Counted from the first letter of the stretch, positions 38,686 through 48,961 are shown. The stretch: DNA of 64,000 nt from Chloroflexota bacterium (GCA_030603665.1 JAUVXJ010000001.1:214480-278479), one strand, 5' to 3'. The notes: generated by a model from the letters alone, not told the origin. A program made the numbers and translations.

Positions 38686-39417
38686 TTACTCTCTGCGCCC
38701 CACCGGGCACACCGACACACAGACGCCGCACACCGCGTTGTCGACTCCGACCCGCTCGTGAAGCAGGCAGCGCGCGGATTCCCAGCAGGCCCGAGCGTCC
38801 ACCAACACGTCCCTATCCACGCCAGCCTGCCATTCCACACCTTCTATCGCGTGCGCGGGACACGCGCGGGCGCAGGCACTGCACTTCCCGCACCGCCCCG
38901 CAGTGATGGACTCTCCCACTGGCAGCGGCATGTCGGTGAGAACAGTGGCTAGCCTGACCCTAGGTCCAAAGCGCGGGGTGATGAGCAAGGCATTCTTCCC
39001 TACCCACCCCAGGCCTGCCCGCGTGGCGGCGGTCTTGTGTTGGAAGGCTACGCTGAGGGTCTTGGTCCACTCACCTGCTTGCCAGGTCTCAGGCACCGTA
39101 GCTGGGAAGGGCTCCGCACGATATCCCAGGCCATAGATGAGCTCCGCTGTCCGCCCTGCTATTTCGTTGAGCGCTCGATTGACCCGGTTGTACTCGTTGT
39201 AGTAGTCAGCAGTGGGCCCATCTCGTACTCCCTCTAGCGCCGCTGGATCAAGGGCCACTGCCATTGAGACTGCCCCCGGCCACTCTGAGATTGGCGGGGA
39301 CACCGCCCCGATCAGGTCAGCAAAGCCCACCAGAGAGGCTCCCCAGCCCAGAATGCTCTCCTCAAGAAGAGCGCAGGCGGCGGCGTTCACTCTGTAATTG
39401 CTCACCTCGCACCTCAT
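38686..39417 (-). CDS. QueG-like / DUF1730-type 4Fe-4S protein (short, no cobalamin domain)
   Basis: LGWVGKNALLITPRFGPRVRLATVLTDMPLP resembles the epoxyqueuosine-reductase core. CGKCSACARACP and CGVCVSVCP are two ferredoxin-type Cys clusters. Confidence 0.5.
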   Translation of the reverse strand: MRCEVSNYRVNAAACALLEESILGWGASLVGFADLIGAVSPPISEWPGAVSMAVALDPAALEGVRDGPTADYYNEYNRVNRALNEIAGRTAELIYGLGYRAEPFPATVPETWQAGEWTKTLSVAFQHKTAATRAGLGWVGKNALLITPRFGPRVRLATVLTDMPLPVGESITAGRCGKCSACARACPAHAIEGVEWQAGVDRDVLVDARACWESARCLLHERVGVDNAVCGVCVSVCPVGRRE

Positions 39418-39643
39418 TTCGCCGCATGAGTTGGTCGACCCAAGTCCGAGCTACATGCGCCGCACGCTTGGAGGCGCTGCGCGACTCGCCAAGGAAGGAT
39501 ACAGTACCGTGTGACTGGATTCTAACAGGATTCCGTGTTCAAGCAAAGGTGAGGTGTGGATTGTCAGCGCCAGCGCACGATGCTATAATTGAGTTTGTGG
39601 CACGCTGCGAAGTCGAAACCCGCGCCACCCAGAGGCGACAAAG

Positions 39644-41632
39644 ATGACAAGCCCGACACCCATCGAGGGTTCTACCCCCGAGAAGGCCATCCGCACGCTG
39701 GTCTCTCTCCTATGGCCGCTCCTGGTGAGCCTATTCTTCCTACAGGCGCTTCGGCTGTACTTCGCCCAGGTCTATCTCATCGTCTGGGCAGCACTCTTCT
39801 CGGAACCTGTAGATCTCTCCGGCCTGGGTGTGGCCATGCTCATGCTGTTGAGCCTCCTTGCGCCCCTGTTACTCCCTTTGCTGCGCAGACTGACCAGCGT
39901 CAGTACTATTGCCATGGCATCCGCCATCGGGGTATCGGTCGCGCGCCCGTTTCTGAGCGCGAACCTTCCATTCGGGGCAGAGACCGCGGCCAGCTGTGCC
40001 ACCATAGCCATGTACGGGCTCTTCGTGCCTGCCTACTTGGAGGCACATCACGCCGCCCAGGTCCCAAGGAGTAGGAGAGGCTATCTGGTGGCAGGTCTTG
40101 CACTGGCACTGTCCTACGACATGGGGATTCGCGCCCTCGGAGGGTCGCTAGACCTGAGCTTGAGCGTCCAATGGCTTCCCGTGCAGCTAGTTCTCTCCGT
40201 ACCGGCCATGGCATCGGCGTGGGTCTCTCATCGGCGCACTGAACTCAGCGACGGCTCGCCCGACCTCAAGCGGCTGCCATCCTGGGCAGGAGTGCTGCTA
40301 TTGAGTGGTTTCGGGCCGCTCCTGTTTCTCGAATACAACCTGTTCATGCACGCCAGCACGGTGTCGCGGTGGGTGCATGTCGACTACGATCTGATGGCCG
40401 TCCTGATACCCGGAGCGACCGCCATCGGTTTGCTACTTCCCCGATCCAAGGCGCTTCAGAGTCTTCGCGCCGTAGTGATCGAGAATGTGCTCATTCTCAT
40501 CTCGGTGGCAGCATTCCTCTGGTATGACGGTTGGATCTCTGCGATCTTCATCCTTGTTGGACAGGTATGCGTGGTCCTGAACCTACGGCTGCTTTTCCGC
40601 CTTGCCTCAACTCACGTTTTCCGGTGGAAGACATCGACAGTTGTGGGCGTTGCCCTAGCTCTCGGCTTCCTCACTATGTTCGTACTCACCTTCGTGCTCA
40701 CCCTCAGCTTCGCCTACGCCTACACCCTGGACTCCTTCCGTGGCACCGAACCAGTGTCGTTCTTGATCGCCGCTGCATTCCTTGGGGCCACTTCGTCTGC
40801 CGCTTCGCTGACGCTCCGCCGAGTCGAATCGCCTCCCCGCGAACTATCTTGGGTCAAGCAGTGTGTTGCGGCGCTGCCTGCACTCCTGGCCCTGGTTGGC
40901 CTGGCCCTCCACCCCACGGTCAATCCTCAACCCTCGGAGCCCAGCTCCCTCACGCTCATGACTTACAACGTGCATCAGAGTTTTGGGATGGACAACAAGC
41001 TGGACGTGGCTGAGATCGCGTCCACCATCCGCCAGGCAGATCCCGACATCGTAGGCCTCCAGGAAGTCGATGCAGGTCGCGTGCCCAGCTTATCTGTCGA
41101 ACAGATCTTGTCCCTGTCCCGCGGACTCAACATGCACAGCGCCTATGGTCCATCGTGGGGAGACACATATGGCGTAGCGGTTCTCAGCAAGTACCCCATC
41201 GTTGAACAGAGGCGGTACCTCCTTTCCAGTGCCGAGCAGCAGCGGGCATGCCTGGAGTCTAGGATCGATCTCGGCGATCAGACGCTCACCTTCTTCTCCG
41301 TACACCTCGGTCTTAATCCGCAAGAGCGAGACCGCCAGCTGGACGAGCTCCTCGTCTACACCGCCGATGCCCCCGCGCCTAAGGTGCTCGTAGGCGACTT
41401 CAACGCAAATCCAGACTCACTGGAGATAGGACGAATCCTCGAGCAGTTCGACAATGCCTTTGCGGTCGCGGGCAGCGGCGACGGATACACGTCACCAGCC
41501 GATGCTCCTAAAGAGACCATAGACTATGTCTTCGTGTCGCCTGATATCTCGGTGCTCTCCGCAGAGGTTGTTCCGTCCCTGGCTTCCGATCATCTGCCCG
41601 TGGTGGCCCGTATCAACCTGCAGTCTCCGTAG
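39644..41632 (+). CDS. polytopic membrane protein with a C-terminal endonuclease/exonuclease/phosphatase (EEP) domain
   Basis: The first roughly 430 aa hold ten or more TM helices. The C-terminal part reads LTLMTYNVHQSFG...DIVGLQEVD...GDFNANPDS...SDHLPVVARI. Confidence 0.7.
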   Translation: MTSPTPIEGSTPEKAIRTLVSLLWPLLVSLFFLQALRLYFAQVYLIVWAALFSEPVDLSGLGVAMLMLLSLLAPLLLPLLRRLTSVSTIAMASAIGVSVARPFLSANLPFGAETAASCATIAMYGLFVPAYLEAHHAAQVPRSRRGYLVAGLALALSYDMGIRALGGSLDLSLSVQWLPVQLVLSVPAMASAWVSHRRTELSDGSPDLKRLPSWAGVLLLSGFGPLLFLEYNLFMHASTVSRWVHVDYDLMAVLIPGATAIGLLLPRSKALQSLRAVVIENVLILISVAAFLWYDGWISAIFILVGQVCVVLNLRLLFRLASTHVFRWKTSTVVGVALALGFLTMFVLTFVLTLSFAYAYTLDSFRGTEPVSFLIAAAFLGATSSAASLTLRRVESPPRELSWVKQCVAALPALLALVGLALHPTVNPQPSEPSSLTLMTYNVHQSFGMDNKLDVAEIASTIRQADPDIVGLQEVDAGRVPSLSVEQILSLSRGLNMHSAYGPSWGDTYGVAVLSKYPIVEQRRYLLSSAEQQRACLESRIDLGDQTLTFFSVHLGLNPQERDRQLDELLVYTADAPAPKVLVGDFNANPDSLEIGRILEQFDNAFAVAGSGDGYTSPADAPKETIDYVFVSPDISVLSAEVVPSLASDHLPVVARINLQSP

Positions 41633-41825
41633 GCGAGGCCCCTCATGCAGGGCGGAGCGAAGAAGCCAGCACCCCGCCACGTGCCGTCCTTTGGATGCAA
41701 AGAAGCTGGTGGCTTCCCAGGGTCGGCGCTGGAGTTTGCTGCATCTGGGCCGCGGGGGAGAGGGGACGAGGGCACTCTGTTTCCGGGCTGACCGCGGTAT
41801 GCACCCACAGTAAGGAGGCTTCGCT

Positions 41826-42335
41826 ATGAATGAATTGCGCACAGTTGCTGAGCTAATGGCTCTCGCCGCGCGGACTGCCCCCAAGGGCCGGGGGGATGAT
41901 TTCGTCGTGACCGCCATCGTGGAGGGTGACACCCTGAGGGTTCTTGGCCAGAAGATGATCGAGTTTGGTGAGAGGACCGGCAAGGATCTCTTCGACCGTG
42001 ATGGGAACAACGTGATCCACTCCGGTGCCGTCCTTCTCCTTGGGTTGAAGGACGCCCAGGTGGTGGGGCTCAACTGCGGCGCGTGTGGGGCCGACAAGTG
42101 CATCGTACCCAACACCTACGACGGTGAATACGCTGGTCCGCAATGCAGCATCCGGATGCTGGACCTGGGCATCGCCATCGGATCCGCTGTGAAAACGGCC
42201 AGCTTGCTCAACGCCGACAACCGCATCATGTACCGCATAGGGCCGGTGGTCAGGGAGATGGGCCTCATCGACGCCGACGTGGTAATAGGTATCCCCCTGT
42301 CGGCGACGGGCAAGAGCATCTACTTCGATCGCTAG
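41826..42335 (+). CDS. DUF2148-like ferredoxin-domain protein
   Basis: CGACGADKC and LNCGACG...C are Cys-rich motifs. It is 169 aa and resembles the DUF2148 family. Confidence 0.55.
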   Translation: MNELRTVAELMALAARTAPKGRGDDFVVTAIVEGDTLRVLGQKMIEFGERTGKDLFDRDGNNVIHSGAVLLLGLKDAQVVGLNCGACGADKCIVPNTYDGEYAGPQCSIRMLDLGIAIGSAVKTASLLNADNRIMYRIGPVVREMGLIDADVVIGIPLSATGKSIYFDR

Positions 42336-42507
42336 CTGAGGGCTGCGGCACCGCCAGACAGCGCCCCCCCCACGGGCTGAACCTGCCACCGCCAGTGTGG
42401 GCCGCTCAGTAATGGTGGACAGCTTGCAATGCTGTGGCGATAGGCGGCGCGGCTATTCGATGCGGGGAAGCTGGCTGGCCCGCGCTCGACCAGACCGCTC
42501 CTGGGTC

Positions 42508-43965
42508 TCACTCATCTGTGTCCAGTCGCTGCGACGAGGATGTCCCGAACCCGCGGAACAGCCGCGCATTGTCGATGGCCACGGCTGCGTAGTTAGCTAT
42601 GGCGTTCAGGACGCTGAGATCGTCCTCGGTGAAGGTGCCCTCCAGCTTGTTGATGACTTCGATCACTCCAATCGTCTGCCCCCGGGCGAGCATGGGGGCG
42701 CAGAGGGCCGACCGGGCCAGGAAATCTGTGGAGATATCAATGGCCGTCACCGAACCGGTCTCCCGCTGGAGATCCGGTATCAGTAGCGGCTGCCCCGACT
42801 CCGCTACCTGACCAGCGATACCCTGGCCGACCTTAATACGCAGGGGCTTGACGTGTTCGCTCTGCTCCCCCAGCGCAATCTGAAATACCAGTTCGCTGGA
42901 CTCCTCGTCGACCAATAGCAGCGACCCCGCCTCCACCTTGAGCATGTGGTTAATCCGCTCCATCACCAGCTTCAGTGTCTGTTCCAGATCGACAGTCGAA
43001 GATAAGGCCTGTCCCACCTCGTTGAGAAGCGCTAGTTGCTCGACCCGACGCTGGAGATTGTCGTATAGACGCGCATTCTCCACACCTATAGCGATATAGT
43101 TGGCCAGCACACTCAGCAAGTACTTGTCGTTGTTGGCGTGCGAGTCATCAGAGCGAGTCTTTCGCACGCTCACTGCGCCGATGGCGTCACCCCGTATCTT
43201 GAGAGGCACGACCAGGATGCTACTGATCGACTCCTTCGACTCAGGCCCCGCCGTCAAATCCTCAGAAGCCACCTCCACGATCGTGGCGCTTCTGCTCTGG
43301 ATGACCTCCTCCACCCTTGCAGCGAAGTCTGCCGGACCCACTCCTCCCTGCCCTTGTTCGGCTCCCACGACGAGTCTCCCTGTCTCGCGGTCGATCAGAT
43401 GCACAATCGCTTGTTCCGCGCCGGTCACGTATACCCCAGCCTCGACCGCCCGCGTCAGGAGATCATCCAGTCCCAGCAGCGAGCTCATGGCCTGTCCAAT
43501 GCCGTGGAGAATGTTGAACTCCTTGATGCGGCGTTCCAGCTCCTGGTTGGCGAGCTGCAGCCGCTTGACCAACTCAGCTCTCTCCCTCTTGAGCCGCGAT
43601 TCGTTGAGAGCTTGCGCAATGGCCTCAAGGATCTCCTCCATCTTGAAGGGCTTGGTGATGTAGTTCTTGACGCCGAGCCTGAAAGCCTCAGCGGCGATGG
43701 TCTCGGAGCCATGAAACGTGATGACGATGACGGGAATATCAATCCCCTTTTCGCTCAAGGCTTCCAAGACTTCCATGCCCGACATCTTCGGCATCTCAAG
43801 GTCGAGGATGATCAGATCAGGCTTCTCCTTCAAGGCCAGCGAAAGCCCCCCCTCACCGTCTAGTGCAGCGAGCACCTCGTATCCATTGGGAAGGAGGACA
43901 TAGTCCGACAGGAAATCAATCACCCCCTGAGCATCGTCGACCACCAAGACCCTCTCGGCTGCCAT
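42508..43965 (-). CDS. orphan response regulator: REC domain plus two GAF domains, no recognisable output domain
   Basis: The REC domain reads RVLVVDDAQGV...DLIILDLEMPKMSGMEVL...ITKPF. Two GAF-like segments follow a coiled-coil linker. Confidence 0.8.
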   Translation of the reverse strand: MAAERVLVVDDAQGVIDFLSDYVLLPNGYEVLAALDGEGGLSLALKEKPDLIILDLEMPKMSGMEVLEALSEKGIDIPVIVITFHGSETIAAEAFRLGVKNYITKPFKMEEILEAIAQALNESRLKRERAELVKRLQLANQELERRIKEFNILHGIGQAMSSLLGLDDLLTRAVEAGVYVTGAEQAIVHLIDRETGRLVVGAEQGQGGVGPADFAARVEEVIQSRSATIVEVASEDLTAGPESKESISSILVVPLKIRGDAIGAVSVRKTRSDDSHANNDKYLLSVLANYIAIGVENARLYDNLQRRVEQLALLNEVGQALSSTVDLEQTLKLVMERINHMLKVEAGSLLLVDEESSELVFQIALGEQSEHVKPLRIKVGQGIAGQVAESGQPLLIPDLQRETGSVTAIDISTDFLARSALCAPMLARGQTIGVIEVINKLEGTFTEDDLSVLNAIANYAAVAIDNARLFRGFGTSSSQRLDTDE

Positions 43966-43983
43966 ATCCTCCCCCCTCCCTGA

Positions 43984-44811
43984 CTATCTGGCCCGTCCGT
44001 ATCGCTCGCCAACCAAAATCTGCCCCGCCGGGCTGAGGACGAAATCCACGAACGCCCTCACCTCATCGCCCGCAGATTTCCGAGTTACCAAGAAGAAAGG
44101 GCGAACCAGCGGGTAGCGGTCTTCCGCCACCGCTTGAAGATCTGGTCTCACACCCTCGATGCGCAGTGGACGAACACCAAGCGGCAGGCCGACCGCAGAG
44201 GCGTAGGCGATGGCGTGAGGGTCCTCGGCGGCGTATCCGCCGACAGCCTCAGAGCTGGGAATGACGATGGCCATGGAGGTCACTCGCTCACCAACCATTA
44301 CCACCTCTTCGAAAGCGCCTCGCGTTCCAGAGCCATCTTCACGACTAAGAACCCGAATGTCTGCCTCTTCGCCCCCCACCTCAGACCAGAGCAAGATCTT
44401 GCCGCTGAAGATATCTCCAACCTGCTCCACGGTCAGTGACCCCACTCGGTTCTGAGCGCTGACTAGAATGGCGATGGCATCATGAGCGATGAGCGTAGCC
44501 TCCAGCCCATTCTGCTCATCGGGCGTGAGATCTCGCGAAACCAGTGCTATGTCTACGACGCCGTCCCGCAGCGCTTCCAGCCCCAGGTGTGTGCCCCTCG
44601 ACTCGATGTCGATGCTCACATAGTCGTACCGGTTGGTGTAGGCGTCTGCTAGTGCGTCTACCAAGGAGCGCATGGACGTGGAACCGGCCATCTCCAGGTG
44701 TACAGGAGGGTGTGGCTCCACTGTGGCAGTGCACGTTGTCAGCAGAGGAACGACGCAGACTAGAAGAGCTTGGAATATCCTTCGCAATCGCCACCAACCA
44801 CTATTGATCAT
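43984..44811 (-). CDS. PstS-family (PBP-like_2) periplasmic substrate-binding protein, orphan (no adjacent permease or ATPase)
   Basis: It has a signal or lipoprotein N-terminus and reads AGSTSMRSLVDALADAY...SREDGSGTRGAFEEVV. It lies 19 nt upstream of the REC-GAF gene on the same strand. Confidence 0.7.
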   Translation of the reverse strand: MINSGWWRLRRIFQALLVCVVPLLTTCTATVEPHPPVHLEMAGSTSMRSLVDALADAYTNRYDYVSIDIESRGTHLGLEALRDGVVDIALVSRDLTPDEQNGLEATLIAHDAIAILVSAQNRVGSLTVEQVGDIFSGKILLWSEVGGEEADIRVLSREDGSGTRGAFEEVVMVGERVTSMAIVIPSSEAVGGYAAEDPHAIAYASAVGLPLGVRPLRIEGVRPDLQAVAEDRYPLVRPFFLVTRKSAGDEVRAFVDFVLSPAGQILVGERYGRAR

Positions 44812-44864
44812 GGGTCTCTTGTGCGATCAACATCTCACACAGCAAGGCCGGGGCCAATGGCCCC

Positions 44865-45761
44865 CTAGCGAATGGACAGGAGGGCGAGCAGTATGCTGAG
44901 CAAGCCGGCTGCCCAGCAGTACACAGCGAAAGGGTACAGTGGTCGTGATCGTAGATAGCGCAAGAGAAACTTGATGCTGAGGAAGCCGCTGATGGCTGCC
45001 GAGACGAAACCAGCCGAGAGGACCAGTGGCGAGTTCATCGCGTCCGGCACCTCCCACAGATCCTTAAGCTGGAACAGCCCTGCCCCCATAATGACGGGAA
45101 CACTGAGCAGGAAGGAAAAGCGGGCAGCCGAGTCCCTCTGCAATCCTCGCCAAAGACCGGCGCTGATGGTAGCTCCCGAGCGGGATATCCCTGGCGCGAT
45201 GGCGAGGGCCTGCGCCAGGCCAACGATCAATGCGTCAGACCAGCCCAACTGCGTCACCTCCAGCCTTCTCTGACTCCACTTCTCGCTGGCGGCAAGCAAT
45301 GTCCCCGTGACCAGCAGGAGCACTCCCACCCAAACCGGTGCACCGAATAGAGTCTCGAAGAAACCCTCGAAGGCAAATCCCACAAATGCGGCCGGCAGGG
45401 TGCCCAGTACAATCAGCCAGGCCGCTCGTCGGCTAGGGTCACCGGCCAGGGATCGCTCTCTGATGCTCGCCAGTCCGCCCATCACCAAGTCCCGCAGGTC
45501 GCGCCAGAAGAAGACCACCACCGCGAGGAGCGTGCCCATATGCAGCATGGCGTCGAAGGCGAGACCCGGGTTCTCCCAATCCAAGAGCCAAGGTACCAGA
45601 ACGAGGTGTCCCGAACTGCTGATGGGCAGGAACTCCGTCATGCCCTGTACCAGACCTAGGACAACTGCCTGCAGGAAGCTAGTCGTTGGACACCCCCTGG
45701 GAAGCCCCCAGCTTGCCGAGCCACGCCTGGCGATCGCGCTTTCCCGCCTGATAGTCCGCAA
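44865..45761 (-). CDS. uppP: undecaprenyl-diphosphate phosphatase (BacA/UppP)
   Basis: It reads FLQAVVLGLVQGMTEFLPISSSGHLVL and has eight TM helices. The start is uncertain: the called ORF overlaps the tgt 3' end by 83 nt, and the homology begins about 30 codons in. Confidence 0.8.
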   Translation of the reverse strand: MRTIRRESAIARRGSASWGLPRGCPTTSFLQAVVLGLVQGMTEFLPISSSGHLVLVPWLLDWENPGLAFDAMLHMGTLLAVVVFFWRDLRDLVMGGLASIRERSLAGDPSRRAAWLIVLGTLPAAFVGFAFEGFFETLFGAPVWVGVLLLVTGTLLAASEKWSQRRLEVTQLGWSDALIVGLAQALAIAPGISRSGATISAGLWRGLQRDSAARFSFLLSVPVIMGAGLFQLKDLWEVPDAMNSPLVLSAGFVSAAISGFLSIKFLLRYLRSRPLYPFAVYCWAAGLLSILLALLSIR

Positions 45762-46875
45762 CCTGGTACGTGGCGAGAAACTGCTCCTTTAGGAGCGGAA
45801 AGCGGTCTTCCCCTATCGCTTCCCGCATTTCACGCATGAGACTGAGCATGAAATGCAGGTTGTGTACAGTTGCGAGACGCATCCCCAATATCTCCTTACC
45901 GACGACCAGGTGTCGCAGGTACGCTCGCGAGAAGTTCCGGCAGGTGTAGCAGAGGCACCCCTCCACCACGGGTGCCGGGTCGTCCCTGTATCGAGCGTTG
46001 CGAATATTGAGGCGGCCCTCGCGGGTGAAGAAGGTCCCGTTGCGAGCTACCCGAGTAGGCAATGCGCAGTCAAAGATGTCGATACCCCTGGCAACGCCCT
46101 CGAACAGATCCTCAGGACTTCCCACTCCGAGCAGGTGACGAGGCTTCTCCTCCGGTAGCAGTGGGATAGTCACATCCAGCATGTCATGCATCAGCGCCTT
46201 GGGCTCACCAACGCTGAGCCCTCCGATGGCGTAGCCGGGAAAATCCAGAGACACGAGGTGCCGGGCGCTTTCTGCCCGAAGATCCGCAAATGTACCGCCC
46301 TGGACTACTCCGAGCATCATCTGATCTTTGCGCGTGTGAGCCTCGAGACACCGTTCAGCCCACCGATGTGTGCGGTCCAGTGCGACACGGTTGTGCTCGT
46401 GGTCGCTGGGATAGGGCGGGCACACGTCCAGCGCCACAATTATGTCAGCCCCAAGCTGCTCTTGCACAGAGATGCTTTTCTCCGGCGTCAGTCGGTGCTC
46501 CGAGCCATCCACGTGAGAACGGAAGGTCGCACCGTCGTCATCGACGCTGCACAGGTGCTTCATGCTGAAGACTTGAAAACCCCCACTATCCGTCAGGATG
46601 GGGGCATCCCATCCCATGAAGCTATGCAGACCGCCCAGCTGGGCCACCACTTCGGGTCCGGGGCGGAGGTACAGATGGTACGTGTTGACCACGACGAGGG
46701 AGACTCCAAGTTGCTCCAACTCGCGGGGCGACATCGTCTTCACGGTAGCTTGAGTCCCAACGGGGGAGAAGACCGGCGTAGGAACCTTTCCGTGAGGGGT
46801 ACTCAATAGCCCAGCGCGAGCCCAGCTCTGCCCACACTTGCTTTCCAGGGTGAAGTCAAAGGAATCCTCAGTCAT
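45679..46875 (-). CDS. tgt: queuine tRNA-ribosyltransferase
   Basis: It reads TPHGKVPTPVFSPVGTQATVKTMSP...VVNTYHLYLRPG...LDVCPPYPSDHE, with a Zn site (CxCxxC...H). The start is at ATG 46875 (MTEDSF). Confidence 0.85.
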   Translation of the reverse strand: MTEDSFDFTLESKCGQSWARAGLLSTPHGKVPTPVFSPVGTQATVKTMSPRELEQLGVSLVVVNTYHLYLRPGPEVVAQLGGLHSFMGWDAPILTDSGGFQVFSMKHLCSVDDDGATFRSHVDGSEHRLTPEKSISVQEQLGADIIVALDVCPPYPSDHEHNRVALDRTHRWAERCLEAHTRKDQMMLGVVQGGTFADLRAESARHLVSLDFPGYAIGGLSVGEPKALMHDMLDVTIPLLPEEKPRHLLGVGSPEDLFEGVARGIDIFDCALPTRVARNGTFFTREGRLNIRNARYRDDPAPVVEGCLCYTCRNFSRAYLRHLVVGKEILGMRLATVHNLHFMLSLMREMREAIGEDRFPLLKEQFLATYQVADYQAGKRDRQAWLGKLGASQGVSND

Positions 46876-46946
46876 GGCGTGACCACGATTGGCAATTATA
46901 GTCCACCCAGGCTCCAAGTTCCAGGCAAACGACGAGAGGCGGTCGC

Positions 46947-47255
46947 TTGCTCTTCGAGGCGCGACGCATGCTGGAGGCGTGTCGCAACATCATGCTCCAG
47001 ACATCAGGCCCGTACCGAGAGGATTTCCTGGAGGAGATAGCGACCGAAGTCGGCGAGGAGCGAGTGCTCTTCGCCAGCAGGAGTCCCGTCTACGATGAGG
47101 AGTTCGAGATGGCCCGCGTGCCGTTCGCCCACCTCAGCGACTCAGAGAAGGAGAAGCTGTGGGGTTCCAACGAGCTTGCCACCTTCGCCTTCGCGGGCGG
47201 GTACGGCCAGGACTCATTGCCGTGTACCTCTGGTCACAACAGACTAGGCATGTAG
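46947..47255 (+). pseudogene. amidohydrolase-2 family C-terminal fragment (gene remnant) or small orphan ORF
   Basis: ERVLFASRSPVYDEEFEMARVPFAHLSDSEKEKLWGSNELATFAF matches the C-terminal strand-helix of PF04909 TIM-barrel amidohydrolases. No upstream remainder exists, because tgt occupies that space. Confidence 0.35.
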
Positions 47256-48067
47256 CTGACCAACGCGCTGGATGTCGCCGGATGCCAGAGGATGTTGTGG
47301 CCCAACCCTGCGAGTTGTGCCACGGGCCATGAGCAACCAGCCCGCTGCAGGCCCACACCTAGACCGACACGCGCCAGCCAGTCTCGCTCGCCGATCAACA
47401 CCAGACCCTTGATGCCGGCCAGATTTGCGCTGAATTGCACCTCGCGCGCCAGCCCCTTGAGGACGGAGGCCATGCCCACCAGGTCCCGGAGTCTCCGACC
47501 TGAGAGACGCCAAAGGCGGAACACAGGACGCAGCAACAAATCGAGGCCCTCTCCGGCAATGTGGCAGCCGAGCTTCAGACCCCTGCTGTCCACCAGTGCC
47601 CTGACCGGCGAGATTGACACCACAGACAGCTCCGGCCTCCCCACTCGACGACCTGCCAGTCCCACGTCGGTTGCGAAGTCGCGCCTGGCGAACTCCCAGA
47701 GAGCTGCAGCCCCAACAGAATGACCGATGCCTAAGATCCGGCCGCAGTCATACAGACCAAGGTGGCGCAGCACGTACTCCAATTGGCGCGAGTAATGCGC
47801 GGCCGTAAGGCCCCGGTCAGAGGCAGTGGCATCCACGTCTCCGCCGTCCTGACCCAGACCGGCAAGTACGAGACCGATGGCTTCCTTTCCCTGGCTTTCG
47901 ATAGAACCAAGGACGTTGGCGACCAGGTCTCCTTGTCCTCTAAGCGAGGGCCTCTGAATACCCCAAGAACGTCTGCTACCCCCAAAGCCGTGCAAGAATG
48001 CCACGACCACTCGGTCGCGTCTGTCGGCTTCACGAGAACCGTTCTCTATCTGGCTAGGAAGAACCAT
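47234..48067 (-). CDS. alpha/beta-fold hydrolase
   Basis: The oxyanion region is VVAFLHGFGGS. The nucleophile elbow is GIGHSVGAA. The start is at ATG 48067 (MVLPSQ). Confidence 0.65.
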   Translation of the reverse strand: MVLPSQIENGSREADRRDRVVVAFLHGFGGSRRSWGIQRPSLRGQGDLVANVLGSIESQGKEAIGLVLAGLGQDGGDVDATASDRGLTAAHYSRQLEYVLRHLGLYDCGRILGIGHSVGAAALWEFARRDFATDVGLAGRRVGRPELSVVSISPVRALVDSRGLKLGCHIAGEGLDLLLRPVFRLWRLSGRRLRDLVGMASVLKGLAREVQFSANLAGIKGLVLIGERDWLARVGLGVGLQRAGCSWPVAQLAGLGHNILWHPATSSALVSYMPSLL

Positions 48068-48405
48068 GGTCACAGGCGATCTGGTGAGCCCGGTTTGTCT
48101 TCGGAACTCCTCCAACGCTGGCCCGTCCAGGAAATCCGTCACATCAAAATCGAGGAGGGTCCGGCTTCCCTCGACTCTCCTCGATCTCGAGAACTCTGCT
48201 AGTGAATTGATTTGTAGCTCGTTGTTCAAATGCCTATCAGGCACCTCCCTTTGATGTCCGATACACCGCGAGGCCAACGGATGTGTCGGCGAGACAACAA
48301 AACGCGAAGACCTGACCCGGTCCTCGCGTCGGTCATGACACCGTATGAGCCACCAGCCACATCAACCCATGACGTGACAAAGGTCGCTGTGAGGCCTGCT
48401 ATGTC

Positions 48406-48645
48406 CTACGTATTACAGGTGGCGCAACTGGTCGCGGCGCAGCTGGCACAGCCACTGCCGCCCAAAGATCGGCTACTCTCGCCACCGTTCCCGCCCCTGC
48501 TCACGGCAGAGAAGAGGGAGATGGCTCGACTAGTGTGAGATCCACTGCACTCAGTGCACGAGACAGCCTCGTCGGCCTGGCTGAAACTCCGCAGAACCTC
48601 AAACTTGCACTGGCAATCGTCACAATGGTATTCGTACAGCGGCAT
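48406..48645 (-). CDS. FmdB-family zinc-ribbon protein
   Basis: MPLYEYHCDDCQCKFEVLRSFSQADEAVSCTECSGSHTSRAISLF is the canonical FmdB motif, followed by a Gly/Cys-rich tail. Confidence 0.6.
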   Translation of the reverse strand: MPLYEYHCDDCQCKFEVLRSFSQADEAVSCTECSGSHTSRAISLFSAVSRGGNGGESSRSLGGSGCASCAATSCATCNT

Positions 48646-48685
48646 CACATTCTCCCGTCGCAACGCAACCAACGGCTACCGCTAA

Positions 48686-48934
48686 GTGTACCATACGATC
48701 ACCCTCTGGTCAAATGCTCGCTTCAGGCACCGGGGAAAGGAGAATACCTTGGATGAGCTAGCCAATCGCGCCTTGAATCTCGCACAGACGAAAGGCGCCA
48801 GGTACGCCGATATTCGCCTCGTTCTCTTGGAGGCGAAAAGCCTGACGGCCAAGAACGGGATCGTGGAGGCCGTCTCTCTGGACGTGAGCCAGGGCTGGGC
48901 TCAGGCTCAGCCCCGCACTCCTATTATCTCATGA
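48686..48934 (+). pseudogene. TldD/PmbA N-terminal fragment
   Basis: ELANRALNLAQTKGARYADIRLVLLEAKSLTAKNGIVEAVSLDVSQG resembles the PmbA/TldD N-domain. The ORF stops after 82 codons. Confidence 0.4.
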
Positions 48935-48961
48935 AAGAACGGCCCACTCAAGGCCGTTCTT
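48935..48961. terminator. perfect 10-bp-stem hairpin (aagaacggcc-cactcaa-ggccgttctt) between convergent genes
   Basis: It starts immediately after the TGA at 48932-48934 and lies 54 nt from the end of the minus-strand lipoprotein gene. There is no clean U-tract on either strand. Confidence 0.45.

Noticed and set aside
42364-42371. A C8 homopolymer tract.
   Set aside because: It lies in a convergent intergenic region, with no ORF or promoter it could phase-vary.
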